DNA from: a virus
Lineage: Duplodnaviria; Caudoviricetes
Reading direction: 5' to 3' (one strand)
Length of the DNA stretch: 35,456 nt
Virus record (IMG/VR): IMGVR_UViG_3300016476_000462
Coordinates: 1 to 35,456 of that record
Below, piece after piece: positions 8,338 through 16,747 of this stretch. The position numbers and the translations under genes were made by a program. The number at the start of each line of letters is the position of its first letter. Within the stretch, counting starts at the first letter, position 1. Under the pieces are notes generated by a model. That model was not told the DNA's origin. It did no database searches and worked only from the letters and a program-made list of their open reading frames with translations.

Positions 8338-8485
8338 GCCCAACTTTATTGAGCGCTGCTTAGCAGACGAAACAATGCTGAAAGAATACCCAAGCGGCGT
8401 GCAGCGGTACGCGGTCTGTTTGACGCAATATAAGTCTGCAAAAGAGCCAAAAAACCAATCAAAAACAGATTCTATTCAGAAATGA
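8303..8485 (+). CDS. Small phage protein preceding the terminase
   Basis: MPLPTP..E...FIERC..D..M.KEYP...QR.AVC motif; overlaps the TerS start. Confidence 0.7.
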   Translation: MPLPTPLPKENKPNFIERCLADETMLKEYPSGVQRYAVCLTQYKSAKEPKNQSKTDSIQK

Positions 8486-8865
8486 CAAAACGAGGCCCAA
8501 AAGAAAAGCGCGATCACTTGTATAAACCCGGCCAGTCGGGCAACCCAGCCGGAAGGCCTAAAAAGCTGCCCGCACTCGAAGAGGCAATCGCTAACGTATT
8601 AGGCCAGACGCGGGAGGTAAACGGCGAACAGATCACAGCCGTTGAGGCAATTATTAGAAAGCTCTTTCAACAAGCGGCTTCTGGCAGCATACAAGCGGCA
8701 AAACTGCTACTCGAACGCGGCTACGGCCTAAGCAAGCAAACAATCGACATAAAGGGCGACCTACAAACAGGGCCAAAAATGGATCTGACAAAGCTGAACG
8801 AAGAAGAAAAGCGGAACTTGCTAGAGCTATACCGCAAGGCGCTACCGGATGCGAGTGATAAATAG
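8482..8865 (+). CDS. terS: Terminase small subunit
   Basis: KPGQSGNPAGRPK motif and AAKLLLERGYG; directly upstream of TerL. Confidence 0.8.
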   Translation: MTKRGPKEKRDHLYKPGQSGNPAGRPKKLPALEEAIANVLGQTREVNGEQITAVEAIIRKLFQQAASGSIQAAKLLLERGYGLSKQTIDIKGDLQTGPKMDLTKLNEEEKRNLLELYRKALPDASDK

Positions 8866-8867
8866 CT

Positions 8868-10259
8868 ATGATTACCAAGGAGCAGTACCAAGCAATAAGG
8901 CATGACTTATGCAAGTCTAGTTTTTACGACTTTATCCGCGAGGTACAGCCCTCCTACCAGTTCAATTTTCACCACTTAATACTAATTAAAGCCCTGCAAC
9001 GACTAGCGGACCGCGAAATACAGCAGTTACTTGTGATGATGCCGCCGCGGCATGGCAAGTCGGAGCTTGTGAGCCGTTTGTTTCCTGCTTGGATACTAGC
9101 CCGCAACCCTGCAGAGCAGATTATAGCCGCCAGCTATTCGGCCGACTTGGCCGGCGCTATGTCCCGCGATTGTCAGCGCGTTATAAGTTCCGAGGCTTAC
9201 GAAGAAATATTCCCAGGCACGAAGCTAGCAGAGGCGAAAGACGCGGGCGCAATCCGTACCAGTAAACGGTTTGATATAGTGGGCGGACGCGGGTACTACC
9301 TTAGTGCTGGCGTGGGCGGTGGCATCACGGGCGCAGGATGTACTGTTGCAATTATTGACGACCCAGTCAAAAATGCCGAAGAGGCGGACAGTTCGACGTA
9401 CAGGAACCGTGCGTGGGAATGGTACACAACGACGTTCAAAACGCGCTTTGAACCTGGATGCGTGGAAGTAGTATGTCAAACGCGCTGGCACGAAGACGAC
9501 CTAACGGGCAGGATACTACAGTACGAGCAGGCGGGCCGCGTTGTTATAAATATGCCAGCACTTGCCGAACAGGCCGACGAACACAGGGAGCAAGGGGAGC
9601 CGCTTTGGAAAAGCAAGTACAGCCGCGAGCAGCTTTTAAATATTCAAAAAAGTATTGGAACCCGCGCCTGGAACGCCCTGTACCAACAGCGACCAGCCGC
9701 CCAAGAGGGCGACGTTTTAAAAAGAAATTGGTTCCAATATTACGACCCTCGGGAGTTGGCAGTAGATAGGCCAGTACACTTTTATTTCGATACAGCCTAC
9801 ACAGACAGCGACCGGAACGACCCGACAGCGGGCATTGCATACATGATGCGCGGCGCAGACTTTTATATTCTTGAAGTGGCAGCGGAGTACCTAGACTTTA
9901 ACGCGGCTCTTAAATGGCTACCTGCGTTTGTACGCCGCAATAGCTACACACGCCAGTCGGTTATCCGCGTCGAGCCGAAGGCATCAGGCAAAAGCCTTGT
10001 GCAGGTGTTGCGAGCAAACACAGAGCTAAACGTAAAGGAAGGACCAGTTCCGAAAGGCGACAAAGTATCGCGGGTGAATAGCGTATCGGCGATAATAGAA
10101 GCAGGGCGCGTATACCTGCCGGCCGGCATGGTTTGGGTAAATGACTTTTTGGAGGAAATTAGCACGTTTCCAAACGGCGCGCACGACGATCGTGTGGACT
10201 GCCTTTCTGGTATGTTAATTTCAGAAGGTAAGAAAGGCGGCATAATAGCAAGCGGTTAA
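8868..10259 (+). CDS. terL: Terminase large subunit
   Basis: Walker A MPPRHGKS, Walker B IIDDPVK, QTRWHEDDL, YQQRP, nuclease FDTA and FPNGAHDDRVD. Confidence 0.97.
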   Translation: MITKEQYQAIRHDLCKSSFYDFIREVQPSYQFNFHHLILIKALQRLADREIQQLLVMMPPRHGKSELVSRLFPAWILARNPAEQIIAASYSADLAGAMSRDCQRVISSEAYEEIFPGTKLAEAKDAGAIRTSKRFDIVGGRGYYLSAGVGGGITGAGCTVAIIDDPVKNAEEADSSTYRNRAWEWYTTTFKTRFEPGCVEVVCQTRWHEDDLTGRILQYEQAGRVVINMPALAEQADEHREQGEPLWKSKYSREQLLNIQKSIGTRAWNALYQQRPAAQEGDVLKRNWFQYYDPRELAVDRPVHFYFDTAYTDSDRNDPTAGIAYMMRGADFYILEVAAEYLDFNAALKWLPAFVRRNSYTRQSVIRVEPKASGKSLVQVLRANTELNVKEGPVPKGDKVSRVNSVSAIIEAGRVYLPAGMVWVNDFLEEISTFPNGAHDDRVDCLSGMLISEGKKGGIIASG

Positions 10260-10297
10260 TAGATATACCTATGGTTTTGTAAAGTGGTTTTTTGTCT

Positions 10298-10337
10298 GCC
10301 GGCTGGCCGCTGCAATAGTCGCCAGTCGGTTTTTTTT
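10298..10337 (+). terminator. Intrinsic terminator after terL
   Basis: GCCGGCTGGC...GCCAGTCGG followed by T8. Confidence 0.85.
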
Positions 10338-10346
10338 ATTTTTTGT

Positions 10347-10388
10347 TATAAAAATATTTTTATCTTAAAGCACTGCGGCGTAACTTTG
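10347..10388 (+). promoter_or_regulatory. Palindrome-type promoter
   Basis: TATAAAAATATTTTTATC-N16-TAACTTTG. Confidence 0.8.
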
Positions 10389-10391
10389 CAG

Positions 10392-10462
10392 CAACAACAG
10401 GAGCAAGAAGTGAATATGTGAACAGTACAAAGGTGGCCGCTGCAATAGTCGCCGCCTTTTTT
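10392..10462 (+). ncRNA. Candidate ~70-nt small RNA
   Basis: Bounded by a promoter and the terminator AAAGGTGGC...GCCGCCTTTTTT; no useful ORF; 5' end approximate. Confidence 0.55.
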
Positions 10463-10531
10463 ATTCTTTGCCGTTTCAGCGTAAAAACCGTAAAACGGCG
10501 TAAAATTTGCACACTACTAAATATTTTAAAT

Positions 10532-10972
10532 ATGTACCAGGAAAGATTTGACAAAGCACTCAAACAGCTCACGGAATTAGAGAAAGAAATAAGCAGCATC
10601 TTGCAAGGCGCTGCAAAAGACGGCGAGTTAATCGTAGGCTACCGCAAAGCGGCGCAGATTAAGGCTTTTCTCACCAAGCTAACTAAGGAGCCAAGCACCA
10701 GCAACGCCAAGAAGAGCGCAGGCCCTCCGGCAGACTTGTTTAAAGCTGAAGCACGGAAACTAATAAACGAGCCACGCCGCAACCCAACACCTCCCGACTT
10801 TTTTAGTAAGTTCCGGAACGGCGCACCTACGCCGGTAGCCTTAGAGGTAGAAAAACCCTGGACAGTAGCAGAGCAGGTGCAGCAGGAAGAACCGACCAAG
10901 AAAGCAAAAAAGAAAAAGGACAGCGGACCAGTGTTAGCAACAAACGCGAACGAGGATGGCGGCGATAATTAA
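10532..10972 (+). CDS. Hypothetical protein with a low-complexity charged C-terminus
   Basis: ATG at 10532 preferred because the longer start crosses a terminator. Confidence 0.7.
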   Translation: MYQERFDKALKQLTELEKEISSILQGAAKDGELIVGYRKAAQIKAFLTKLTKEPSTSNAKKSAGPPADLFKAEARKLINEPRRNPTPPDFFSKFRNGAPTPVALEVEKPWTVAEQVQQEEPTKKAKKKKDSGPVLATNANEDGGDN

Positions 10973-11687
10973 AATAAATGACATTGCCTATCGGTTGCCG
11001 CTAGCGCTGGAGGACATAACCCTCCGCACGCATTTGCGCATTATGGAGGCAGAAGCGCACGCGCCTAAGCGGCTTTTGGAGCTGCTCAACGAGCCGGACC
11101 CTTTGAAGCGCGCGCAATCTGCCGGGCTAATAACCGACAAGTTGTACATCGGGAAAATAATACCATACTTCGCAAACGTTATCGAAGCGGCTAGCGGCAT
11201 ACCTGCCGACGTGCTACTAGGTAGGAAGAACTGGGAAGGCGCACCGGTCGCAATGATCGAGGCGTGGTACTGGCGTGTTCAACAGTGTTACCTAGACTAT
11301 AAAGAAGTCAAAGATCAGGCGGTAAGCGAGTGGGAAATAAACGGCAGCATCTGGAGCCTTCCCGAGAAACACATGACTAAGTCTACCTTTGGCCAATTTG
11401 CAGAGGCTGCACAGTACGAGGAAAGCGTGAACAGCTTGAGCGCGGGCAACTGGGAAGCTATGCCCTACGTGATGGCCGTACTTCTTAGGCCTAAAGGCGA
11501 GCTTTTCGACCCTTTGACATTTGACGACATAGTGGAAGAAAGAAAAGAGTTTATGCTGGGGCTTGGTATGGATATTGTGATGCAGACCGCTTTTTTTTTG
11601 CAGAAACTAAACGAGAAGTCCGCGCCCGATTTAGCAATTTATACAGCAGCGCGGGAGCTGGCACGGCTAAAGCAAATAATGAACTAA
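10956..11687 (+). CDS. Tail assembly chaperone (gpG-like)
   Basis: Ends shortly after a T9 slippery run that opens into a -1 frame extension. Confidence 0.7.
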   Translation: MAAIIKINDIAYRLPLALEDITLRTHLRIMEAEAHAPKRLLELLNEPDPLKRAQSAGLITDKLYIGKIIPYFANVIEAASGIPADVLLGRKNWEGAPVAMIEAWYWRVQQCYLDYKEVKDQAVSEWEINGSIWSLPEKHMTKSTFGQFAEAAQYEESVNSLSAGNWEAMPYVMAVLLRPKGELFDPLTFDDIVEERKEFMLGLGMDIVMQTAFFLQKLNEKSAPDLAIYTAARELARLKQIMN

Positions 11688-11881
11688 AACCGTTCGGATG
11701 GTATCTAACCTTAAAGCAGCTGGCCGAAAGTGGCGTGTTCAACTTAAGCGGCTTCACAGCCTTGCAAAGCGCGCAAAAGGCGAACCTTTACGAGGCGCTC
11801 TTTTACCTAAGCGCAAAAAAGGCAGAAGCGAAGTACCTGGAGAAACTACAAAAAGAACAATTAAAACAAACAAAAAAATGA
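11591..11881 (+). CDS. -1 frameshift extension of the tail assembly chaperone (gpGT-like)
   Basis: T TTT TTT at 11591-11597; the -1 frame reads AETKREVRARF...FGWYLTLKQLAESGVF...ANLYEALFYLS...KK to TGA at 11881. Confidence 0.8.
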   Translation, partial: FFFAETKREVRARFSNLYSSAGAGTAKANNELKPFGWYLTLKQLAESGVFNLSGFTALQSAQKANLYEALFYLSAKKAEAKYLEKLQKEQLKQTKK

Positions 11882-12243
11882 GCGACCAAAATCTAAGCAT
11901 CAAAGAAACCGCAGAGGCGGTTGAGTTCGTAGGTACATTGATTAGCAATGTGGCCGAAGCGGCAAAGGACAATAAGCTGGACTGGACCGACGCTATTAAG
12001 TTCACCGCAGCAGCACGTAAACTTCCCGCTGCTGTATCTAACTACATCGCAATACCTGCCGAACTGGCCGACCTTTCAGACGAAGAAGCCGACCAACTTG
12101 TCGAGGTGTTTGCGCAAAGTTTGGAGTTGTCCGATAAGGAAGTGGAGCATTTTGCGGAGCGTGGTGTTGAGTTGGCTGTACTGCTGACCTCGTACATTGC
12201 AGACATTGTGCAATACCGCAAGCATCAAGCCGAACAAGTTTAG
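11878..12243 (+). CDS. Hypothetical helical protein
   Basis: True start is MSDQNLSIKE at 11878 (ATGA overlap with the frameshift ORF stop). Confidence 0.75.
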   Translation: MSDQNLSIKETAEAVEFVGTLISNVAEAAKDNKLDWTDAIKFTAAARKLPAAVSNYIAIPAELADLSDEEADQLVEVFAQSLELSDKEVEHFAERGVELAVLLTSYIADIVQYRKHQAEQV

Positions 12244-12261
12244 TAGTCTTTTCATGGGAAC

Positions 12262-12296
12262 GGCCCTGCCTGGCAAATGAGCTGGGCGGGGCTTTT
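12262..12296 (+). terminator. Hairpin, probable weak terminator
   Basis: GCCCTGCCTGGC-AAATGA-GCTGGGCGGGGC TTTT. Confidence 0.65.
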
Positions 12297-12311
12297 AAGC
12301 GATATAAAAAA

Positions 12312-12860
12312 ATGCAGATCACGAAGTTAAGTAACCTATTTTGCGAGTTGGTAGAGCAGAGCCAGTTCTTCAAGAACTACCACTTTGGGTACCATTCGGA
12401 TATAAATACCACGATTATCAACAAGTTTAACCCGGATGGATTGGAGGGTACTAAGTTTCCGCTTGTCCTTTGGGCTGCGCCTGTAGAGGGCAGCCTATCA
12501 GCCCTAAACGGCCAGCGCGGAACAAACAACGTGCAGGTGGATCTTTACTTTTATGACCTGCAAGGGCGGGACATCGATGGGTTTACTATTCAGCAAAGCC
12601 TACTTGAAACGTGGGACAAGCTGCATTCGCACGCCGTTGAATTTGTAACCGCTGCGCAAAAGTCTAGTGTTTTCAGTATCCAGAACCGCAATATCACGTG
12701 GCTAACCGATGCGAACTTGCACAACGACCGTTTGTTGTGCGTGGGCCTTACCTTTGTAGCCGAACTGGCTTTTGCCTGCGAAGACTACGAACTGGAACAC
12801 CTAAAGCCGGTAGATGATTGCAGTATAAGCAGTAAAGACCAAGAACACGCGCAGAAATGA
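12312..12860 (+). CDS. Putative tail terminator/completion protein
   Basis: Size, position and FPLVLW..DLYFYD pattern; function is inferred. Confidence 0.5.
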   Translation: MQITKLSNLFCELVEQSQFFKNYHFGYHSDINTTIINKFNPDGLEGTKFPLVLWAAPVEGSLSALNGQRGTNNVQVDLYFYDLQGRDIDGFTIQQSLLETWDKLHSHAVEFVTAAQKSSVFSIQNRNITWLTDANLHNDRLLCVGLTFVAELAFACEDYELEHLKPVDDCSISSKDQEHAQK

Positions 12861-13375
12861 TCGACGAAAAGGTAGGTAGAACAATAGCCAACTGGCTAAA
12901 GGTGCGACTAGCAAAGGAGCTGCGCGACCAAGGCCACAACCTAACCGGCTCGCTAATTAGCAGCCTAGAGGAAAAAATAACGGTCACCGCTGGCCGTTTA
13001 ACTATTGAAATGTTCGGGAATGATTACGGGGATCCGGTGAACACTGGCGTACCTGCGGCCCGTATTCCTTACACGCCCGGACAAAGCAGGGCGGCGACTT
13101 CTAAGTATATCCAAGGGCTTATCAATTACGCCGAGCGCCGGTTTGGGCTACGGGGGAAGGAGGCAATTAGCGCTGCTTTTGCCATTGCCCGCAAACATAA
13201 GCGCGAAGGGATGCCAACGCGAGGAAGCTATAAATACAGCCAGAATGGGCGCCGCACAGGCTGGATTGACGTGATACTAGCAGATAACGACCAAGAACTA
13301 ACCGCTTTCGTAGAAGAGTGGGTGGGCACAGAGGTGACAATATTAATACAAAATTTCAGCAAATTAAGACCGTAA
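12857..13375 (+). CDS. Putative tail completion/neck protein (HK97 gp10-like)
   Basis: GHNLTGSLISSL and AFAIARK..REG motifs; basic protein. Confidence 0.55.
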   Translation: MIDEKVGRTIANWLKVRLAKELRDQGHNLTGSLISSLEEKITVTAGRLTIEMFGNDYGDPVNTGVPAARIPYTPGQSRAATSKYIQGLINYAERRFGLRGKEAISAAFAIARKHKREGMPTRGSYKYSQNGRRTGWIDVILADNDQELTAFVEEWVGTEVTILIQNFSKLRP

Positions 13376-13376
13376 T

Positions 13377-14660
13377 ATGGCAACAGTAGTAAGTAGACCG
13401 CAAAATACGTGCAGCGCATACGAGCCAGCACGGTACACAGTGGATAGTATTAATACAGCGTCATTAATTGAAAAAATGATAGTCAATGTTCGAACCGCCA
13501 GCGGGGGCGGTGGTACAATTATTGGCACGCTGTACCGCGATTGGACACGCCGCACCGGCACGGGGCCTGCTTACGTCTATAGATTCGAGGTAGATATAGC
13601 AGGCATTTTGCAAACGATTGTAGGAAGTTCGGCAGCGGCAAGGTACCGCGCCTTCTTGGCTCCAGGGTTCGCAAACCGTGATTGTGTAGACGCTTACCAG
13701 ACTTTTTTCATGGAATTTAAGTTCCTGTTCCGTGACCCTGCTACTAATTTGCTGGCAGATTTAGGCGATGTCGAATACGTAAACATAACTACAACGGTCT
13801 TTAATGTAATTAGGCCGAACAAGGAAATATTTGATACTTTCCAAAATAGTTTATACAGAACTACTGGAGCTTTCCCGAATAACCAAAAATTATACAACTT
13901 TAACACGGGCGCACAAGTACCGATTCGGTACAGTGACACATACAGCCTATGTTTTAATACAAACGGTTTTTGGTTCGTTCGAATTGTGGAGCTTAAAGCA
14001 AACGGCACTATACACACTTCCTACCTAGAACTCCCTTCTACTATTTACAACTTTTCTAATAAAGTCTTTGCTGTTCAAGTTGGGCCTAATTATTTAAAGT
14101 CTTTACCCTCTACAGACTTTGACGCAAACGTGCCGCCGCAATTTGATGCATCAACAGTTAGTTATAAGATGGGCCTTACAAATGCAGTAAGAACACTACT
14201 AACCGAAGAGCTGGAGTTTGTTGTGATGCCGGAATGCGGCGGAGGCCTTCGCCTGGCCTGGGTAAACCAACGCGGAGGTGTAGATATGTACACCTTTGAC
14301 GCTAAGATAGTCGAAGGCGTAGAAGGTGCGTCTGAAATTGGTATCCGGCCGAATGTTTGGGCAAGTGCTGCACTTGTGCCGACGCCGGAAAGCCGTGGCA
14401 GCTTTAAGGTAAGCGCAGAAAGGAATGAGTACTTTGAAATCGAAACACGGGTGTTACGGCCTAATTTGGCCGAATTCGTAAGCCAAGTACTAACCAGCCC
14501 GGAGGTTTATATTTACGATACTGCAATGAGCGCTACTAACCCTTTTCGCTCTGTAATTATTTCAGATGGCCAAATAATCGAAAGCGACAGCGACGAGATA
14601 GGAATGATTTTGAAGTTCAAAGTTTACCCAGCTAACCAAACGCCAACCCACGTACAATAG
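13377..14660 (+). CDS. Tail structural protein (distal-tail-like)
   Basis: RLAWVNQRGGVDMYTF and LTSPEVY motifs; lies upstream of the tip protein. Confidence 0.6.
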   Translation: MATVVSRPQNTCSAYEPARYTVDSINTASLIEKMIVNVRTASGGGGTIIGTLYRDWTRRTGTGPAYVYRFEVDIAGILQTIVGSSAAARYRAFLAPGFANRDCVDAYQTFFMEFKFLFRDPATNLLADLGDVEYVNITTTVFNVIRPNKEIFDTFQNSLYRTTGAFPNNQKLYNFNTGAQVPIRYSDTYSLCFNTNGFWFVRIVELKANGTIHTSYLELPSTIYNFSNKVFAVQVGPNYLKSLPSTDFDANVPPQFDASTVSYKMGLTNAVRTLLTEELEFVVMPECGGGLRLAWVNQRGGVDMYTFDAKIVEGVEGASEIGIRPNVWASAALVPTPESRGSFKVSAERNEYFEIETRVLRPNLAEFVSQVLTSPEVYIYDTAMSATNPFRSVIISDGQIIESDSDEIGMILKFKVYPANQTPTHVQ

Positions 14661-14661
14661 G

Positions 14662-16743
14662 ATGCCAAGAACGGAGATATACATAGATAACCAATTAGTC
14701 AATCAAATAGAAGGCTACCAGCCTATGTCGCTAACTTACCGCATTGACGCGCAAGAAAGCCCTGGTACCATTTCGGGCTACTTCGCCAAGCGGCCAATCC
14801 GCATACCTGCCGACAAGCAAGCGCGGGTAATATTTGGGGATTGGATAGATGGTGACCAGAAAGCTGGAGCAGTAAACCGCAAGCCATGCCGCATTGACGT
14901 GGATGGTGTTTCCGTTTTCCGAGGCGTCGCTCAACTTGACACGGTTTTCGCAGGTAACGGCAGTTTTCGCCGCCGTTCGGAGCAGTTTGAGCTGGTATTA
15001 ACCGCAAACAATGCGGCTTGGTTCGGGCAAATGAAAACCATACTTGTCCGTGATATTGTAGAAACCTACATACCAGCTGGAACTATTTGGAACCAAGCGT
15101 TTGTACTTGCAAATGACAACAAGAGCCCTTCTACTTCTGCCTGGTGCTTATTTTTGGGCAAAGTTAAAGATTGGGCGGGGCCTAATTACATAGACTACAC
15201 CGATCTAACCTTTGGGGTATTTATTACGCAGCTAATAACAAAAGCGTTTGCGCTTGCAGGTTATGCAGTAGATAGTACATGGTTCACACACAATGAAGTG
15301 CAGCGCTATATCTTGCCGCTGCCATCTAGGCCGTTCCCGGTCGAGTTTGGCGCGGCTTGGAATATGCGTGTCAAAGACATAGCAAATCCGCAAATAATCG
15401 CGCCGGCGGGAGTATGGACAACTATTTTGCTGGTAGGCGATCAGGAATACTATGACCCAAGTGTACTTTACGACTTTGCAACAGGGGAATACACGGTGCA
15501 GTACACGGGCGAGTACGCTATAACTTACGGAGGTCAAAATGTCCTAGCGGATTACTTTTATGTTACAAATGGTACGGTTTTCACTACTGCTATCACAGGG
15601 CCAGCAGGCGAAGTTGTGCAAGCCACGGAAACACTATTTTTGAGCGCAGGAGATAAGGTGGTGCTACGCTTTTTAGGAGGTGCGCCCAATAGGCTGCCCG
15701 GTGTTTTTACTTTTATAATTCAACCTACATTTGAGTTTAAAGCGGGGTACGAAATAAATTTGGGCGTACAAACGCCGGACACTTGGACCATGGCCGACCT
15801 TATTCTAGGTTTTTCCCGCGCGTTCAACCTGCAATTTTTCACGAACGTAGAAACCGGAAGAGTTAGGATTGAGCCGCAGGATGGGTATTACATGGGAACG
15901 ACCTACAGCGAAGGGTTTTACCAGGACACTACCCGTTTGGATTTTACAGCAAAAATCGACCTGGCTAAAAAGGCAGAACACAAAGCAGTAAACGAACAAG
16001 CGGCACGGCTGGCATTAAAATGGGCGACCGATAGCGGCGACGAAAACGCGGAACAAGTAGATCGCGATTCTATGCTACCCAGCTTTGCAGGCGCATACAA
16101 CTACCCGGCCGATAGGTTCCAAGAAGGAGAAGAGGTGGTAACAGTACCGTTTTTCTTCAAGTCTATAATGTACAACGCCTTTGAGGTAAAGCATCCAACG
16201 TATCAAACAGGGAAGACGCCGCTTTTACCTATTCTCCAAAAAACATTAGTAGGAGGCGATCCAGTAACGGCTGGCGAAGACACAGGGCCAAGAATTTTGT
16301 ACTATGCAGGCAGGCGGGGCGGCCTAGATGGCTGGATAAACCCTAACGGAGGCACTCCTTACGACTATCCAGCAGCTTGGTTTTTTAATTACAACGATGC
16401 AGCAGGCAACAGCCCAAGTCTTTCCTTTAGCGATGAAACGCCGAACGCTTACGGCTCTCCAACTCTTGGCCTTATGGCCCGGTACTGGCTGCAACGTATA
16501 GGGCGCGTTGAATGGGGCGAAACGGTAAAGGAGTGGATATTCTGGAGAACAAACGACATTTTGAACCTAGATTTTAGAAAGAAGCTGTTAATTGATGGCC
16601 GTACCTATATTTTAAAGGAAATTGATGGCTATTTACCAGGGTACACAGGTAGCCGCAAAACAGTACTGGAGGCAGACTACATTCTACCAACAACGCGCAG
16701 CAGCGCAATAGACAACACTAACATACAGGGGCTACTAAAATAA
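14662..16743 (+). CDS. Tail tip/hub protein
   Basis: EIYID N-terminus, FNLQFF..VRIEP, IDGRTYILKEIDGY; 693 aa next to the tape measure. Confidence 0.6.
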   Translation: MPRTEIYIDNQLVNQIEGYQPMSLTYRIDAQESPGTISGYFAKRPIRIPADKQARVIFGDWIDGDQKAGAVNRKPCRIDVDGVSVFRGVAQLDTVFAGNGSFRRRSEQFELVLTANNAAWFGQMKTILVRDIVETYIPAGTIWNQAFVLANDNKSPSTSAWCLFLGKVKDWAGPNYIDYTDLTFGVFITQLITKAFALAGYAVDSTWFTHNEVQRYILPLPSRPFPVEFGAAWNMRVKDIANPQIIAPAGVWTTILLVGDQEYYDPSVLYDFATGEYTVQYTGEYAITYGGQNVLADYFYVTNGTVFTTAITGPAGEVVQATETLFLSAGDKVVLRFLGGAPNRLPGVFTFIIQPTFEFKAGYEINLGVQTPDTWTMADLILGFSRAFNLQFFTNVETGRVRIEPQDGYYMGTTYSEGFYQDTTRLDFTAKIDLAKKAEHKAVNEQAARLALKWATDSGDENAEQVDRDSMLPSFAGAYNYPADRFQEGEEVVTVPFFFKSIMYNAFEVKHPTYQTGKTPLLPILQKTLVGGDPVTAGEDTGPRILYYAGRRGGLDGWINPNGGTPYDYPAAWFFNYNDAAGNSPSLSFSDETPNAYGSPTLGLMARYWLQRIGRVEWGETVKEWIFWRTNDILNLDFRKKLLIDGRTYILKEIDGYLPGYTGSRKTVLEADYILPTTRSSAIDNTNIQGLLK

Positions 16744-16747
16744 AGAC

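Noticed and set aside
10304-10453. Two identical 20-nt repeats as a mini CRISPR array
   Set aside because: Only two copies, 110 nt apart, with a promoter between them; each is a terminator apex; no cas genes
10418-10531. GTG-start extension of ORF 10418..10972
   Set aside because: It runs through a terminator hairpin; ATG at 10532 has a typical leader
11698-11877. N-terminal extension of ORF 11698..12243
   Set aside because: The region is explained by the -1 frameshift ORF; the real start is at 11878
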